Source: Eledone cirrhosa (lineage: Eukaryota). Taken from it: a DNA stretch of 64,000 nt. The stretch spans positions 81,840,001-81,904,000 of the forward strand of contig OZ024742.1 of assembly GCA_964016885.1 (NCBI GenBank). Direction: 5' to 3'. Made by a program: the position numbers and the translations under genes. Below the pieces are notes generated by a model, which did no database searches, was not told the DNA's origin, and worked only from the letters and a program-made list of their open reading frames with translations. Positions 41,339-54,274 of the stretch are shown here, in pieces. Within the stretch, counting starts at the first letter, position 1. Each line of letters begins with the position of its first letter.

Positions 41339-44300
41339 GTCTGTTCGGACGTTCTTTTTCTCGCTCCCTGTAAGTCGTTTTATTTACCTGTTATAATTAT
41401 TTGTCGCTTAATTTTTCTTGTTGTATAAGACCTTGGTCTTTGACCTGTGAAGGGGAAAATATAATATGTGGGCCTTTTGTATCAAATATTTGAACAATAT
41501 TTGAATATTTGACTTAATAAAAAAAACATGGCTGATCCACGCCCTCAGCAATATGTCTGCTGTCGTGTGACAACGGCGTACGATTTGAGAGGAGGGTTAC
41601 ACAAATTGATATAACAAACATCACCACAAACAACACCGAGAACACTAATGTTTTAAAATTTACCATACCAGCTACAACAATAACAGCGACAACCAAATAC
41701 AGACAACAGAAAAAAATGCCAACACTGAAAATATAAGTAATAGCAATGGCAATTATTTAGATTTGTCACATACAAACATGGATTTCCCGCCATTACAAAC
41801 GTCTACACGCGTTCCATGCGCCATCCCCACCACCACAATGTCACAAATAACAACCAACACCACGGATACCACCAACACCACCAACACAAAAACAACTGAA
41901 AGAGAAATTAATTATTTTCTCGTGATATCGAAATGGATTCTCTGAAAATCGACACTTCCACGCACAACGCCACTGACACCACCACCACCACAACTGAAAC
42001 TGAAAATAATAATAACACAAATAACAATAACAACAACAGCAACAATAAGAATAACAACAGAAATATCAACAACAGGGGAAAACCCAAATGTGTCATTTGC
42101 TAAAGCGGCAAACAAAAATGAAACGGTTGAGGTAAGCCAGGAAGAATTGAATGAAGCCAAGCGAATGATAAACAAATATGGTTACAGGGTCAGCATCACT
42201 CCCCCAGCTAATACGTTGGAGCATCGGCGCCTATGCACCGTATCATATCGGACGATAAATATTAAAATGCACCGCGTGGAACGCACATCCGAGACCCAGA
42301 TACAAAAAGCTTTGGGACATGTGTGGGCACAAAAAAGCCACATCACGTGGGCAAAAATATGGAACCGTGGACGTGTCCTTTGGAACCCCACACGAATCCA
42401 GAGAGCACTCCATGGCACCATTAAAAAGTAACGAGTTCACACTCGTCCCAGGCTATTGTGGTCAGAGGCTGGTAAGGATGAGGGTGGCCCAATTTCCGCT
42501 GACCAGTGAAATTCCCTGGCTAGTGGCTGCTGTCCTCGCTGACATCGAGGCCGACACTAAAGTAATTGAGGTGATAAAAGTAAAGTAGGAGAACTGGTCC
42601 GGATCTGGGATGGATTGAAAAAACATGCAGCAAATTCCAGAGGTGATAGACCACAATGACGGCAGCCACATTACCGAAATCGTTGAGGGTAGAAGGCCAA
42701 GGTGTGCCGATTGTGCAAAGGAATCCACCAAAAGACTTTCTGCCCTCAGGCTAAAAAGTTGAGCCACCTCCCTTACCCACCCTATTGACTCAACCATCAA
42801 CACCAGCACCAGAAATGGCAGCAGCATCTGTAGCAGCAACAACAGAAGCAACTGAAGCAGCAACAACCCCAGCAACTGTAGCTGCAACTGTAGCAGCAAC
42901 AGTAGCAAAACCAACACTACAACCACACACCGCGCCAGAATTAGCACCAGTGCCGCCACTATCCACCACGTCACAACCAAAACCAACGCCTTAGGAGGAT
43001 TTTCCCCTCCCCGACCTATCGCAACTGGAGACAGATTGTGACGACGAGGAGTGGGAAACTGTATCTGGAAAAAAAAAAAAAAAGAAACCCAAAAAGAAAA
43101 AAAATTCTCTTCCTTCGCCCTTCAAAAACAAAATGCAGTGCGAAACAAACAAACAAACTAACAAAAAGGTTAAGAAAGCTATGTCACCGCACACACCAGC
43201 ATGACCACAAACACCAACACCATCACCATGATTAACCCCATCACAACCATCACCAATAAGCGAAACAGAAACAAACCCACAACAAACGCAAACAAAACAA
43301 ACCAACGATACACACTACACAGCATGAAATTTGAACCACGACCAATTATTACACTACATCCAACACAACACGAGTATCACAGAAAAAGCCTATACAACAC
43401 CCCCAAAATTAACACCACCACCACACATATAAATCACTCGCACCAGCCAGAAAACGTACATGGCACTAACATTAAAATGTCCCAAGGACATCGGAGACTT
43501 CCGACAAACACTCTCCAGGAGAATTTACAAAGATATCCTTTGAAGGGGGCCAGAAACAGTGAGCAGGGCGGAAAAACGATCCTTCCTCCACAAGAAGTGA
43601 GGAAAGTGGTCTTTCTCATCTTTTTCCACTCCTGTTCAACATGAACTCACTCAGAATACGCAGCATAAATGCGCCTGGCCTGGGGTCACCATGGATGCAA
43701 GGCCACCTGCTCAACGACCTCGGGTCACTAAACATAGATGTGGTGGCCATCAGCGAGACCGGAATCTTTGAAGCACGAGCCTTCGCACCGATCTTCGGCG
43801 GCTACGATGTATACGCATCGCATCACCCAGCCGTCCAGCATCGGGGGGAGGTGATGCTGTGCTTTTTGGGAGAGGCTTGGATCTCGCCATACGGGCTATT
43901 TCCTGGACACAGAAGGTATGTCGGTGGTGCTGGACGTGACCGGCAGCGAAGGCCATGCTTACATAGACCTGGTTAGCGAATTGGTTAAGCGTGCGTTAAC
44001 GGGTGTGATCGTCAACAACAGGTGGAGGTTTACCCTGAAAAGGGCTATTAGAGTAGAATCGATAAGGTTTAGCAAGGGAGTAGTGATAAAGGAAAATAGA
44101 GTAGAAGGAGAGTTAGTTAGAAAGCTAGAAGAGGCTTTTAGGACAGGCATCGCAACCGACGTGCTTGCGGCGAGATTGGCACTCGATCAATTCTTTAACG
44201 CAAAGCATGAAGGCTGCATTGTCAGAGGTATCGCGCGTTCTCTAAGACACGAGGGGACGAAAGCCGTTCAATGGACTCGGGTGGTGAAAGCGCGACGTGG

Positions 44301-46717
44301 TAACAAGTGCACAATTCGGTCTTTGCCTGATCAAAACCAGCGCATGCTGCTCGAACCCGAGCAGATGTTTTCGGATTTTCAACAGCACTTTGCTCAACTG
44401 TTCGGGAGAAGCGGCGAGCCGCATCGGAGTATAGACTTCGGAGCACACCTCCACCGAATGTCGCGGCTCTCGACGACCACAGCAAACTGCTACGAAAAGA
44501 CGATAACAGCAGCTGAAATACGGGAAGGGATGTCTGATTGCATGAGTGGTAAATCGCCAGGTTTGGATGGTCTGCCCTGCGAGCTTTATGCGTATATGCC
44601 AGACTTGTTTGGCGACCTCTTGGCAGATGTCTACTGCAACTGGCACCAGAACGGGAGCATTCCCAGTATTGTGTACCGCGGACCTGTGGTGCTGCTGAGG
44701 AATGAACTGAACAAGGGGGACGTTATAGACCACTTCAGGCCCATACCTCTGCTAAACGCAGAGTTCAAGATTTTGACCAATACGTTAGCAAAGAGATTGG
44801 CGCGTCGTCGGTGATCTGGTGGGAGTGGTGCAGACATTCGACATACCGGACATATCCATCCACGACAACCTACATCTCATGCGATACATCATAGAGAGGG
44901 TGGTTGAGGAACATGTATCAATCTAAAGCATTTGATAGGGTCGACCATCGGTACCTGGCTGCGGTCCTTGAGGCGGACCTCTTCGCGCCCGTTTATAGGT
45001 GCTGAATCGCTGCGATGCACAGCGAAATCTGCTCGATTCTGAGGGTGAATGGTCACCTGTCGCAGATATTCAGCATCATGCGCTCGGTCCGCCAGGGTTT
45101 CCCCCTCTCGTCCCTATTGTACGTACTGGCCCTCGAGCTGTTACTGCACAAATTTGAGACGATGAGGGGGGTCCCACACGAACTGGGATGCGGCAGATCC
45201 CTGTCAGCTTACGCCCAAGATGTCACCGTGGTGGTGTCGAGTACCAAACTTCTCCAGATGCTCGGCATCGCTCTCACGAAGCGGTGACAGGAGCAAAAAT
45301 AAACCAGGAAAAGTCGGTGGGCTTGCAACTCGGCACCTGGAGAGGCAAGTCCATGACCTCCGACAGCGTCGTCGGGCACTGGATGGAAGGACTGGTTAAA
45401 TTGCTCGGTGTCTCGTTCGGTGCGAACCTCCAGATGGAGAAAAACTGGGGCGAGGTGACGATACGGTCCGATCTCTCACCCAGAAATGGGCCGAGAGGAG
45501 GGTTATCTCTGAAAGGTCGAGCGGAGGTGGCGAATACATACATTGCGTCTGTCATCTCCTACCGCCTGACCGTCGGAACTTTCCCCCCGTCCAACTCTGA
45601 CCAAAATAGATGAATTTCTCTTCCGTTTTGTGTGGAAAGGACGCGCTCCCATGGTCAGACGATACATTTGCTATCAACACCCGTTGCGTGGAGGACAAGG
45701 TATGCCGTGGCTGCTGATGTGCAAACATACGCTGAGGCTGCGACATCTCATGCTTCCTTGACGTTGAACAGGTGTGGTCGCCGTTTGCCAGATGCGCTTT
45801 TCCCCAGCTCGTCTCCTTGACGGAGCTGCAGTCCTGGATCAGGAAAAGGCCGAGTGATAGCGCTTGGAAGTCGGAATTTCTCCAAGCGCTCACCGCCCTC
45901 TATCAGTGGGCACTAGTATACGTGGAACATCCATCTCTGGGTTCTGTAGAGCGCTAGTGGGGGTAAAGCGACGACGTTCTCGGGGAGACCCTGGCCGTCG
46001 AAAACGATCAGCTGTTCGCTGTCTTCAAGAGAACTTCAAACAGGGGCCTATGGACAACTTCCAGTAATCCCTGGCCTGGCAGTGATACCAAGGAGCGTTG
46101 CCGCTTCTGGATAAGCTCTACAGGCACGGAGGTGCTGTCAGCTGAGCCTGTCCGAGATGCCGCCGGGCGACGAACCGTCCTGCACCCACTTGTGGGGCTA
46201 TGTAGAACAGCTACTGTCGTATGTATGACTGATCCAGTTATCGACTGAGTCCATTGTGCAGATTTCCCAGTCATCCTCCTTTAAAGAGGAGGGAGAGCAG
46301 GCAGTTTTCCTCTGCCTGGTGGCCATGGCCATGGAGAGTGTGTGGTGGACAAGGTTGAAAGGGTTGAAGACGGACACATTCCAATCGGGCCAATCCCAGA
46401 TTAACTTTTTCAAAGTTTCACTTGAAGAGGAAAATCAGGATAGGGAGGCAAGTGCTGTATTCTAGTAAGTTTGTTGTAGACTGGAGAGTGGGAAAACTGA
46501 GAGAGGACTCTTGCGCTGGTGGCTAGGGTGGCCGTGGTCTTTTGTGTGGTTTTCGCCACGAGTGACTCTCGGAGGTTTCACCCTTTTTCGGAAATGTTTG
46601 ATTTCTATCCCAATTTCTATCTTGTATAACCTGTTTACATGACCAAAACCCACTTTGTATCGTCCTGTGCTGTTCTGTGGCATCTGTAATGGTTTTCTTC
46701 ATGTCAGCTTTTGTGGC

Positions 46718-46718
<1 letters not shown>
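41338..46718 (+). mobile_element. L1/Tx1-like LINE, decayed (copy 2), with internal deletion in the APE domain
   Basis: ORF1 from 41528. ORF2 from 43641 (SINAPGL), jumping at ~43960 to YIDLVSEL. KSPGLDGLP, FRPIPLLN and RQGFPLS motifs. Ends in (TTA)n at 46719-46788. Confidence 0.92.
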
Positions 46719-46789
<71 letters not shown>

Positions 46790-46886
46790 ATATATATATA
46801 TATATATAGTGGTTACACAACCATTTTTTCACCATACCGAGAACAATTGTTTCTACCACTACGGATATTACCTTCCTGTGTTCTGC

Positions 46887-46936
<50 letters not shown>

Positions 46937-48421
46937 ACTAGAAATTGATCAACATATATATAAATAAATATAAACATGAATAATCACAGGAGATAATTTT
47001 TACAAGCGTGTAACCACGCATGGCTTGTAAGTAACAAATAAATAAAGTTAACTAGAACTTCAAAAATAGATACCTTTTAATGATTAATATACTTCATTAA
47101 AGAATATATTTCACCAATTAATCAGATGGTAAGTCACAGAAAGTGGATGTTATTGGATTATCAACAAGGAAGAACAATATACAGCAATCCGTGTTTGAAT
47201 TCATTTAATTTATCTTAAAGATATAGATATATAAATACGGCTCCTTAATTGTAGAGCTAACTCTGTTGAACGGAATTGACTGCTATTTCTAGTTGTCGAA
47301 TACCTATTCACAGCAGCTTGCCAGAATGTTTTGCCAAACAATCTGTTCAATTTATACTAATTTAGTGTCCGGCTTTCTGTACACGTGAGAATATGGAAAT
47401 CACACACCCTAATACCACTACAAATATTTTGTCACATCTTCTAATAAACATCACACAATTGTTATCTCATATTTCATAGAAGACGAATATAATCATTCCA
47501 TTGGTGTACATGTTGTTGAGAAGATTGATAAACCGATAACTTTGAAGGAAATCACTTAGGTTATGATATGAATTCACATTCCTCTCATAACAGCCCTCAT
47601 ATTCTTCCCGTTGATATGCATCACATGTTTTTGTCCCACAAGAAACTTGTAACCCAATGTTATTCTGATAACTATATTTGTGAATTAAATATGAGAATAT
47701 CATGTCATTTTTCCTGAATCTTAGCTAGCGATCCTAAGTGAACATGTGCATTGTTTTATTCTTTTGTTTTTTAGTTTTATTTACCAGTAACATTTGTATT
47801 TCAGCTGTTATTTTATATGTTTGTTATATCAATGTAATTTTTGAAAGAAAAAAGTTTCATCGAATTTCGAATCCAATATACTTTTAAAATGAGAAATTTT
47901 AGGAAAATATATATAATTTTCAATATATGTTTTTTTTTAGTTTCTTACGTAAGTTCATGTGATAGTAAAAATCATAATGATTCTATCTGGAAATCTTGAT
48001 TCTCTATGTGTTTGTTTATAAGTTTATGAGAAAGTGACAGATGTGTTTTAATAATAATTCGGCACGAACTTATATTAATGAACGCATATTTTGTAAATAG
48101 GATTTATTTCGTTAAAAACAAATTCTCCAAAGCAAACAAATGTAGAAGGAATATACATAATTAAAAGGAATGTATTCTCCGCGAAAATGCAATCTTCGTT
48201 AAAGTGGTTATATGGTTTGAGTCTTCCCTTCCATTCTCATTGGTGGTATATTGCCTGGAGTGATGAAAAGAGAGTGATGGTTGTCCTTTCTAATTCACTG
48301 TATTTCACGTTGAAATATTAAATGTAATATTTCACGCAACAATATATAGATCAACGAATGTATTATAGCATTTTTGAAATAATATAGAATAGTATAATAA
48401 TAATAAAGATAATAACAATAG

Positions 48422-51400
48422 TTTCATTTATTGGCCACAAGGGCCAATAATAATGCTTTCTTTATTAACCACAAGGGTTTACACAAAGTAGACATTAAGG
48501 ACAGTACAGGACAATACTGGACGGTACAAAAGAGCATTTCTGCGTGAAAAAAATCCCCAATAGGGGGAGACTTCCGAGGGACATTCGTGGAGAGAGCTCA
48601 TTAAAAAGTCACAGTGACCCTGACCACCAAGGCAAGTGCCCTCTCCCAGTTTTCCACCTTTAATTTACAGACACATAGTCAGAGTAGGCCCATAAACTCG
48701 GGCCATTCTTGGCTCTCTCACACATCTTTCAACAAAATGCTGGGAAGAGAGAATTTCCCTCTCTACCCTGATTTTCCTTTTCAAATGAAATTTGAAAAAG
48801 TTAATCAGGGTGTCATCGAAAAGGTAAGTGCTCAGCTTCAGCCATTTCAAACGTGTCCACCATACTATATCTTTCGCCATGGCCACCAGACAGATAAAAA
48901 CTGCCTGCCCTTCCCGGCTAAAGGAAGAGGGCGGGGAAATCTTCACGATGGACTCAGCTGATAGCGGGATCCGTCCTACACGCGACAGCAGGTCTTCTAC
49001 ATAAACCCACAAGTCAGCAATGCGCGGACACCGGACGGGTGCGTGCAGGACGGTTTAGTCTCCCTGCGCGCATCTCGGACATGCTCGGTTGACGGTACCT
49101 CCATGCCTGTAGAATTTATCCCGAACTGGCAAAGCTCCTCGGTAGCACAGCCTGGCCAGGGATTTCTAGAAGTTATCCATAGGCCCCGGCCCGAAAGTTC
49201 TTCTGAAGAGATTGGCTAGATGATTTTCGTCGACGCCCAGAGTTTCCCTAAGTACGTCGTCGCTATTCCCCTCCACTAATCCTCTATAGAACGCCAAGGT
49301 GGAGTTTCTACCGATCACATTACCCGATTGGTCGAGAGCTGTGATCGCCTGAAGACATTCCAGTCTCCAAGCGCTCCCTCTCGGTCTTCGCTTGACCCAG
49401 GAATGCAGCTCCGTCAGGGAGACGAGCTGGGCAAAGACGCGTCTAGCAAACGGCGACCACACCTGAGCACGGTCGAGGAAGAGGTGAAGATGTCGTAGCC
49501 TGAGCGCGTGTTTGCGCATCATCATCCACGGCATGCCCAGCCATCCACGTAGCGGGTGTTGACAGCAGATGGAGCGCCCGACCATCGGAGCGCGTCCCTT
49601 CCCCAAAATGCGAAAGAGCAAACTCTCCAGCGCAGTCAGGCGGGCTTAGGAGAAGGTACGACGGTGAGGCGGTAGTAGATGACGGACGCGATGTACGCGT
49701 TAGCCACCTCCGCTCAACCTTTGAGGGATAGCTTCCTCTCCGCCCATATCTTGGTGAGAGAAGCCACCCTGCTCGTCACCTCGTCCGAGTTTTTGTCCGT
49801 ATGGAGAGCCGGACCGAACCAGACCCCTAGCAATTTAACCGGTCCGTCCGTCAAACGCCCGACGACGCTGTTGGACGGCATGGACCTTCCTCTCCAGGAG
49901 CCGAGCTGCAGGCCCACTGACTTTTCCTGGTTGATCATTGCTCCTGTCACCGCTTCGTATTCTCTTAGTGTAGTGCCGATCGCCTCGATGTGTTTGGCGT
50001 TCGAAACCACTACGGTGACATCGTCCGCATATGCTGACACGGATCTTCCACATCCTAGTTCGGGCGGGACCCCCCTCAACGTCTCCAGTTTGTGCAGTAA
50101 TGCCTCGAGAGTCAATACGTACAACAGGGACGAGAGGGGACATCCTTTGCGGACCGAGCGCATGATGTTGAACGGTTCCAAAAGGTGACCGTTCACTCTC
50201 ACCACAGAGCAGATGTCGCTGTGTATGGCCGCGATCCAGCCTCTGAAAAGGGGCCCAAAATAAGCCGCCCTCAGGACTGCCGCTAAGTAACGATGGTCGA
50301 CCCTATCGAAAGCTTTCGACTGATCTAAATTGATCAAGGTCACACTCGTGCCAGTTTCCCTAGCTACCCTCTCTACGATGTATCGCATGAGGTGGAGTTG
50401 TCATGGATGGACCTGTCGGGAATGGCGCATGTCTGCGCCTCTCCCACCAGACCACCAGAGACAAGCGCCACCCTTTTGGCTAGCACGTTGGCCAAAATCT
50501 TGAACTCTGTGTTTAGCAGAGTTATGGGCCTAAAATGATGTATGTTATCCCTCTTGTTCGGATCCTTTCTCAGCAGCCCCACAGCTCCTGGGCTCACAGA
50601 GCTGGGAATTCTCCAGTTCTGTTGCCAGTGGCAGTAGATGTCCGCCAAGAGGCCTCCTAACAAGTCTGGCATCTGTACGTAAAGCTCATAGGGCAGACCA
50701 TCCAAACCAGGCGATTTATCCCTTGTGTAGTCATTCAGTGCCTCCCGTACTTCAGCGTCTCTATCGGCTTTTCGCAACACTCCGCCTCAGTGGCTGACAG
50801 CCGCGGCAGTACGTCGAGGTAGACAATAAAGTCTATCCCACGATCCGGCCCACCGCTGCCCCCGAAAAGTTGTGCAAAGTCGCTGAAAAGCTTCACACAT
50901 TTACCCGGCATCGAGTAGCATGCGCCCGTCGTGGTCCACCAAAGACCGGATCGTGGCTTTGTTGCCACGACGCGCCTCCGCCATTCGGGCCCATTGAACG
51001 GATTTCGTCCTCTCGTGTCTGAGAGCACGCACCCTAGCTGTGACAACGCAGCCTTCGTGCTTTGCATTGAAGAATTTGTAAAGGACCAATTTCGCCGCAA
51101 GTACGTTGGTCGCGATGCATTTGCTAAGCGCCCTGTCTAATTTTCTAACTAGTTCTCCCTCTGCTCTATTTTTCTCTATTGCTAAAGCCTTACTAAACAT
51201 ATTCTGCGCTCTTTTCAGAGCAAACCACCACTTGTTTTTGACGATGGCCCCCGTCAACACCCGCTGAACTAGTTCGCTAATCCGGTCTCTGGGGGCCTTG
51301 CGCGCTGGTAAGGACGCGTTTAGCTTCCAGTAGCCGGGTCCTCGTCTATGAAACCTATCTAAGTCAAGCACACGGATCACGAATTTCTGGTCCGTGTATC

Positions 51401-54240
51401 TGACTATCTTGAATTGTGGACAACCTATGCTAGATAGACCTATCTATTTACCAACAAAATACTCTATCAAGATATGATCTGGATGACCCTATGCGATTTG
51501 TCCAAGGCCACATTGGCACATACGGAAAATCCAATCGGTACCTGTCAGACAGCCCAAAACGACTGACCAGGTTGGTGAGGCTCCTGCACTCTCCTCCCCT
51601 ATCCGCTAATCCCACACAGTCCCAGCGTGCATCTAAGATCTCGTTCCAGTCGCCCGCTAACACTAAGGAGCGGAGCGTTCCAAGAAAGTTCTCCAGACGC
51701 CTGAAGAAATCAGACCGCCCTGCTCCTGTCGGGGCATAGACGTCCACCAGCCTGAAAGCTTGCCCGTCTCCGCTGGTCACGTCCAGCACCAACACTTACC
51801 CTCTGGGTCCAGGAAGATGTCCCATATAGCAAGATCCAAACCTCTCCGAAAAAGCACAGCAACTCCACCCCCCGATCCAGGACCACTGGGAGATGCGTAC
51901 AAATCATAGCCTCAGAAAATAGGTACAAAGGCCCGTGGCTCGGAGATTCTGGTCTCAATGATGGCCACTACATCTATGTTAAGGGACGTGAGGTCGTTGA
52001 GCAGGTGGTCCTGCTTCCATGACGACCCCAAGCCACGCGCATTTATGATGCCTATTCTGAGTAAGGTCATGTTGAAATGGAGAGGAAAAGATGGGAAAGA
52101 CCACTACCTTACTTCTCGTAGTGGAAGGATGGTTTCTCAATCCTTTTCACTGTGGCCTCCTCCGGAAGGATGTGCTTATAAATCCTCCTGGACAGTTCTT
52201 GTTGGAAATCTGCGATGTCTTTGGGGAATTTATGTTTTAGTGTCGTGTACGTTTTCTGTGTGATGCGAGTGATTTGTATGTGTGGTTGTGTAGTCTTTTT
52301 CTCTGATGCTGGTGTTGTGTTGGATGTTGTGTAATAATTGGTTGTTATTCAAATTTATTGCTGTGTAGCGTGTATGGTTGGTTTGTTTTGTTTGCGTTTG
52401 TTGTGGGTTTGTTTCTGTTTCGCTTTTTGGTGACTTTTATGGTGGTGTTGGTGACGGTGGTGTTGGGGTTAATGATGGTGATGGTGTTGGTGTTTGTGGT
52501 GATGGGGTTGGTGATGATGGTGTGGATGGTGGCATAGCTGTCCTAACCTTTTTGTTTGATAGTTTATTTGTTTCCCTCTGTATTTTGTTTTAGGAGGGGG
52601 AAGGGAGGGGATTGTTTTCTTTTTTGGTGTCTTTTTCTTTTTTCTTTTTTTCTGATACCGTTTCCCACTCCTCGCGGTCACAATCTGTCTCCAGTTGTGA
52701 TAGGTCGGAGAGTGGAAAATCCTCCACAGGTGTTTGTTTTGGTTGTGGCGTGGTGGATGGTGTAGGCGCTGGTGCTAGTTGTGGCGCGTTGGGTGGTGGT
52801 GGTCGTGTTGGTTTTGCTACTGATGCTGGGGTTGTTGCTGTTACAGTTGCTTCTGTTGTTGCTGCCCGTTCTGCTGCTGGTGGTGTTGATGGTCGAGTCA
52901 CTGGGGTGGGTAAGAGAGGTGGCCTCAACCTTTTAGCCTGAGGGCAGAAAGCCCTTAGGTGGGTTCCTTCACCACAAAAGACACAACTAGGCCTTCTGCT
53001 CTCGACGATTCCGGTGAGTTGGCTGCCGTCAGTGAGGCCTATTACCTCTGGGATCTCCTCAATGCTTTTTTGGTCCGCTTGGATCACGAGCTCCATCCCA
53101 GATCCGCACCAGTTCTCCTGCTTTTCTTTCGCTATTTCGATTATCTTGGTGTTGGCTTCGATGCCGGTGAGGAAGGCAGCCATTAGCGAGGGAATTTCGA
53201 TGGCCGGTGGAACGTTGGTAACCCTGATCTTCACGAGTCTCTGGCCACAATAGCTTAGGACGAGTGTGAAGTCGTCACTTCTTAATGGGTCCATGGAGTG
53301 TTCTCTGGCCTCCTGTGGTGTTTCAAAGAACACGTCCACGGTTCCATATTTCTGCCCTAGTCTGATGTTGGGTTTTCCTGCCAACACATGTCCCAAAGCT
53401 TTTTGGATTTGGGACTCGGATGCCCGTTCCACTCGGCTCAATTTTATATTAATCATCCGATAAGACACGGTGCATAGGCTCCGTTGCTCAATTTTATTAG
53501 GTGTGTGTATGTGTGTGGGGGTGGGGGTGACCCTGTACCCATCTTGCTTTAACATATTTTTGGCTTCTTCTAATTCCTCCTGAGTTACCTGGAATGCTTC
53601 GCACTTTTTTGCTACTCTGGCAAAAGACAGGGTTGTTTTCTTAATTTCATTGTTGCTGTTGTTGTTATCGTTATTTTTGTTATTGTTAATTTTAGTTTCA
53701 GTTGTGGTGGTAGTGGTGGCGTCAGTGGTGTTCGGTGTGGAAGAGTTCATTTTGGCTGAATTCGTTTCGATATCACGAGATAATTTATCTTTTACTTTTG
53801 TTTCTGTTGTCGTTGTGGTTGTGGTGAGGGTGGCGGCTTCAACACCTGCATTCGTTGGTAATGGCGGGAAATGAATGTTAGCCTGAGACAAATTTAAAAT
53901 ATTGCTATTGCTTATATTTTTAGTGTTGGCAAACGTAGTAATATTTACAATGGTGGTGTCGGTGTGAGGTGTTAGTTTGTGAGGAGGGCTCTCAGCAACT
54001 GGGTTTAGCTGTGAATCGGCCATGATTTTTCAAAGAATTTCTTTTTTTATTTGATAATTATAAAAGTTTAAAATTTGGGCTCAAGGCCCCTATCTTTTTG
54101 AGTGTCCTTTTCAGAAAACAATATATATGCACTTATATACAGTTAACAATAAAAATCTTCCCATAATGGCAATTTTAAACAACTGAAAATAACAAACCTT
54201 TGCGGAGCTCACGATAATACGATTTACTATGTAGGTCGCC
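48422..54240 (-). mobile_element. L1/Tx1-like LINE, full length, decayed (copy 3)
   Basis: ORF2 fragments show GDWNE, SYLDR, GPGYWKLN, LDQSKAFDRVDH, AYADD and CPRC. Bounded by TAA tracts. Confidence 0.93.
52590..54023 (-). CDS. Tx1-like ORF1 (gag-like protein), 477-aa open portion; original frame probably continued to ~52110
   Basis: Low-complexity T/N-rich N-terminus, SFARVAK, VKIRVTNVP and the CCHC knuckle CVFCGEGTHLRAFC. Confidence 0.8.
   Translation of the reverse strand: MADSQLNPVAESPPHKLTPHTDTTIVNITTFANTKNISNSNILNLSQANIHFPPLPTNAGVEAATLTTTTTTTETKVKDKLSRDIETNSAKMNSSTPNTTDATTTTTTETKINNNKNNDNNNSNNEIKKTTLSFARVAKKCEAFQVTQEELEEAKNMLKQDGYRVTPTPTHIHTPNKIEQRSLCTVSYRMINIKLSRVERASESQIQKALGHVLAGKPNIRLGQKYGTVDVFFETPQEAREHSMDPLRSDDFTLVLSYCGQRLVKIRVTNVPPAIEIPSLMAAFLTGIEANTKIIEIAKEKQENWCGSGMELVIQADQKSIEEIPEVIGLTDGSQLTGIVESRRPSCVFCGEGTHLRAFCPQAKRLRPPLLPTPVTRPSTPPAAERAATTEATVTATTPASVAKPTRPPPPNAPQLAPAPTPSTTPQPKQTPVEDFPLSDLSQLETDCDREEWETVSEKKKKEKDTKKENNPLPSPS

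Positions 54241-54273
<33 letters not shown>

Positions 54274-54274
<1 letters not shown>

Noticed and set aside
47467-47703. 78-aa minus-strand ORF with three cysteines
   Set aside because: No canonical splice donor and no recognisable domain.
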